A DNA stretch of 64,000 nt from positions 3,872,001 through 3,936,000 of the forward strand of contig OZ254086.1 in the NCBI GenBank assembly GCA_965267575.1, in the 5' to 3' direction. Made by a program: the position numbers and the translations under genes. The notes beneath the pieces are model-generated. The model searched no databases. It was not told the DNA's origin and saw only the letters and a list, made by a program, of their open reading frames with translations. Below are positions 61,115 through 64,000 of this stretch, in pieces (within the stretch, counting starts at the first letter, position 1; each line of letters opens with the position of its first letter). The stretch comes from Calditrichales bacterium (GTDB lineage: Bacteria; Calditrichota; Calditrichia; Calditrichales; J004).

Positions 61115-62524
61115 TTATTTATCAACGATGGCTGCCATCATTTCGGCTTCGCACACCAGGTTGCCTTTAACATAAGCCTTACCCGCCATTCGGAAGGTGT
61201 TGCGTCGCGCTTTAATCATTTCAAGTTCCATCACAAGCTGATCGCCGGGCTGGACGGGTTTGCGAAATTTGACCCCGTCTATACCCATAAAGAATACAAG
61301 CTTATCTTCCACATCATCCTGTTCATTCAGCAGCAGAACACCGCCAACCTGCGCCATGGCTTCAACGATCAGGACTCCCGGCATAACAGGCCTTCCCGGA
61401 AAATGTCCCTGAAAGAAGTGCTCATTGACGGTCACATTTTTTACGCCAACAGCTTTTTTCTCCGGCTCCAGCTCGATGATATTATCCACCAGTAAAAAGG
61501 GGTACCTGTGGGGCAAAATTTTCTTTATGGCGTTGATATCAAATACAACGCCTTTTTTACTTACATCCTGGTATTTGCGTGTCAGTCTCTGTTTTTTATA
61601 TAAAGCGCGTATCATCCGCGCAAATTCGATGTTGCTTTTGTGGCCGGGCCGTGCAGCGAGGATCTGAGCTTTAATGTTTACGCCGACAAGAGCCAGGTCA
61701 CCCATAAGGTCCAGCAGCTTATGGCGGCAAGGTTCGTTCTTAAAGCGTAGTTGTTTGTTGTTCAGGATTCCGTTTTCGCCAAGGATAACGTCATCGGAAA
61801 CCTCGAAAAGCTTGCGAAGCCGCTTAAAGTCGTCATCGGAGAGTTTGCGGTCCACGATCACAACAGCCGATTCCAAATCGCCGCCTTTGATAAGGCCCTG
61901 CTCTGCCAGCAACTCCACTTCATGCAGAAAGCAAAACGTTCGCGCCGGCGCAAAGTCTGTTATAAATTCATCACGCAGGTTAAACAAACCGGTATGCTGG
62001 CTGCCCAAAGCAGGATTGTTGTAGTCAATCATCACCGTAAGACGGTAATCGTCTGTTGGCAAGGCGACCAGCTCAATACCCTTTTTGTCTTCACGGAACG
62101 TCATCGTTTCATCAATGACAACGAATTCCCTTTCCGCCTCCTGCTCCTCGATGCCCGCCTCCTGCAGCAGCTCAACAAAAGGCATGGCCGAGCCGTCGCC
62201 GATGGGCGGTTCATTGGAATTCAGCTCAATGCGAACGTTGTCAATTTCCAGCCCGACCAGCGCGGCAAGAACGTGTTCAACCGTATGTACTTCCACGCTG
62301 TCAACTTTAAGCGTGGTACCACGCAGGCTGTCTACCGATTCGTTGGGTTCCACGTTATCAACAATCGCCTCAATCTCCGGCGCATTATCAATATCCACAC
62401 GCACAAAACGGCGGCCGTAATTTTCCGGGGCCGGCTTAAACGTAATCTTGCTGGTGTTACCCGTGTGTAAACCGCGCCCGGCAAAGGACACGGTTTTTTT
62501 AATCGTTGCCTGTTTCGCTCTCAT
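61115..62524 (-). CDS. lpxC: Bifunctional LpxC deacetylase / FabZ dehydratase
   Basis: GLHTG, TVEHVL, DGSA, ARTF and RHKLLDLMGDL (LpxC); LPHRYPFLLVD, GHFP and PGVLIVEAMAQ (FabZ). Confidence 0.96.
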   Translation of the reverse strand: MRAKQATIKKTVSFAGRGLHTGNTSKITFKPAPENYGRRFVRVDIDNAPEIEAIVDNVEPNESVDSLRGTTLKVDSVEVHTVEHVLAALVGLEIDNVRIELNSNEPPIGDGSAMPFVELLQEAGIEEQEAEREFVVIDETMTFREDKKGIELVALPTDDYRLTVMIDYNNPALGSQHTGLFNLRDEFITDFAPARTFCFLHEVELLAEQGLIKGGDLESAVVIVDRKLSDDDFKRLRKLFEVSDDVILGENGILNNKQLRFKNEPCRHKLLDLMGDLALVGVNIKAQILAARPGHKSNIEFARMIRALYKKQRLTRKYQDVSKKGVVFDINAIKKILPHRYPFLLVDNIIELEPEKKAVGVKNVTVNEHFFQGHFPGRPVMPGVLIVEAMAQVGGVLLLNEQDDVEDKLVFFMGIDGVKFRKPVQPGDQLVMELEMIKARRNTFRMAGKAYVKGNLVCEAEMMAAIVDK

Positions 62525-63566
62525 CAAACTCCATTCCCTGCTTTTTCAGGGCTTCTTTTATTTTTGTGATTTCCTTGTTCAGAGCGTTTAGCTCTTTGAT
62601 TTTTTCAGGAAGCTTTCGCAAAGTCACTTCAATTCTGCGTGTTTGCTGTATGGGCAATGCCGGGTAACCAAACATGGTCTCTCCGGGCGGTACATCTTTG
62701 GTAATACCGCTCTGCGCGGCGATGGTGGCCTTATCGCCCACCTTGAGGTGTCCGGCAAGACCCACCTGCCCGGCAATCGTTACCCAGTTTCCCACCTGGG
62801 TTGTACCGGCCATTCCGGTTTGGGCCGCGATTACAGTATGCTCGCCAACCACGCAGTTATGGGCAATCTGTACAAGATTGTCTATTTTGGCTCCCCGCTT
62901 TATAAGCGTTGAACCGGTTGTCGCCCTGTCCAGCGCGCAATTGGCGCCGATTTCAACATCGTCTTCAATGACCACGTTGCCAAGCTGAGGTATTTTATGG
63001 TATTGTCCCTGGTACGGCGCAAATCCGAATCCGTCACTGCCAACCACGGTACCATCGTGAATTACCACGCGCCTGCCGAGAACGCAGTTTTCGCGCACCG
63101 AAACATTGGGATAAAGAACACAGCTGTCTCCTATGCGGGCGTTTTTGCCGATAACCACACCCGGAAATAAAACGCATCCGCTGCCCAGTTGCGCGCCTTC
63201 GGCAATATAGGCGCCGGCGGCAATGTGACAATCAGCCCCAACCGATGCCCCGCTGCTGATAAGCGCCTTACCGGAAATACCGGAAAAGTCCCTTTGCAGG
63301 CCGGGATCAAACATGCGTAATACAAAAAGAAAACCCATATAAGGGTTGTCCACTCTTATATGGGGAATAGGAATGTCCTGGGTCTCGCGATCGACGATAA
63401 CGGCGCCGGCGCGGGTTTCGGACAAATATTTTGTATAACGCTTGTTGGAAAGAAATGTAATTTGGTTACTGCCCGCCTCTTCTATCTTGGCAGGGCCCGT
63501 GATCTCAAGATCTTCCGGACCGTTCAGATCACCCTGAAGCAGACGGGCAATTTCTTTGAGCGTCAT
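62499..63566 (-). CDS. lpxD: UDP-3-O-acylglucosamine N-acyltransferase
   Basis: ITFL, GSDGFGF, KIPQLG and KIDNLVQIAHN motifs; hexapeptide repeats. Confidence 0.96.
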   Translation of the reverse strand: MTLKEIARLLQGDLNGPEDLEITGPAKIEEAGSNQITFLSNKRYTKYLSETRAGAVIVDRETQDIPIPHIRVDNPYMGFLFVLRMFDPGLQRDFSGISGKALISSGASVGADCHIAAGAYIAEGAQLGSGCVLFPGVVIGKNARIGDSCVLYPNVSVRENCVLGRRVVIHDGTVVGSDGFGFAPYQGQYHKIPQLGNVVIEDDVEIGANCALDRATTGSTLIKRGAKIDNLVQIAHNCVVGEHTVIAAQTGMAGTTQVGNWVTIAGQVGLAGHLKVGDKATIAAQSGITKDVPPGETMFGYPALPIQQTRRIEVTLRKLPEKIKELNALNKEITKIKEALKKQGMEFDESETGND

Positions 63567-63568
63567 AG

Positions 63569-64000
63569 TTATTTTTGGGACACGCCTTTGTTCAGACTTT
63601 CAAGCACCATTTGGGTGATGTCGTATTCCGGCTTGGCGTGTACAAGAGCGCCCGAGGAAGCATCAAAGATGAAGTCGTAACCTTCGTTCGCCCCAATATC
63701 AGCGATCATATCGTTAATCTTATCGATTATCGGCTGGGCCATTTCCGCCTGCTTTTGATAGAATTCGCCTTCCGGACCGAATTTTTCATACTTATACTGT
63801 TCAATGGTCAGGGCCTTCTGCTGAACCTGACGCATTTTTTCTTCTTTTTTCTCGGGACTCAGCAGTAAGCTTTGTGATTCGATTTCGTCTGCCATCTGGT
63901 TGTATTCCTGAAGCATCTGCTGATATTCAGTCTCATACTTATTGCGCAGCTCGCTGAGTTTTTTCTGTACGGCAACATACTCATCGTACTTAGCCAGAAT
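63569..64000 (-). CDS. OmpH/Skp periplasmic chaperone (5' end beyond window)
   Basis: Coiled coil, FGPEGE, GYDFIFD...YDITQMVL; the frame stays open to the window edge; sits upstream of lpxD. Confidence 0.88.
   Translation of the reverse strand: MLAKYDEYVAVQKKLSELRNKYETEYQQMLQEYNQMADEIESQSLLLSPEKKEEKMRQVQQKALTIEQYKYEKFGPEGEFYQKQAEMAQPIIDKINDMIADIGANEGYDFIFDASSGALVHAKPEYDITQMVLESLNKGVSQK

Noticed and set aside
61115..62524. LpxC-FabZ fusion (and split rfaE1/rfaE2) as novelty
   Set aside because: Both arrangements are well known; the fusion is useful only as a lineage marker.

Overview
A gene-dense stretch of bacterial core chromosome, mostly on the minus strand. I found no transposases, integrases, prophage genes, CRISPR arrays or rRNA. 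Inferred lineage: the LpxC-FabZ fusion, a Bacteroidota-type bS22, a GWxTD protein and the secDF-STAS-purA order, together with strong Shine-Dalgarno use, point to an FCB-related diderm, most plausibly Calditrichota. Contents in order: acyP (partial), asnS, fbp, gpsA, plsY, purM, an acyl-CoA synthetase, an MrfAB-type helicase/exonuclease pair, TolB-like and giant TPR proteins, pcrA/uvrD, mltG, chorismate mutase, trpABFCD (no trpE/G), a UshA-like CxC lipoprotein, purA, STAS, secF, secD and ligA. A plus-strand operon follows (two paralogous lipoproteins, a degenerate PdxJ, a degenerate GH2 fused to a membrane domain, smc, a GWxTD protein). The minus strand then resumes: nadK, xseBA, bS22 (missed by the ORF track), a zinc-ribbon TPR protein, a LysM transglycosylase, rfaE2/E1, a hybrid kinase, ggt, rodZ-like, recJ, RNase P RNA, a C4 zinc-ribbon protein, tRNA-Ile2, an orphan, rseP, a beta-barrel OMP, lipM-like, lpxA, lpxC-fabZ, lpxD and skp (partial). 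The best candidate for an undescribed system is the 31.6-41.0 kb plus-strand operon, where two apparent pseudoenzymes and three uncharacterised envelope proteins flank smc. The RNase P RNA also has an apparent two-hairpin insertion in P14. All family calls come from manual motif recognition; no searches were run.
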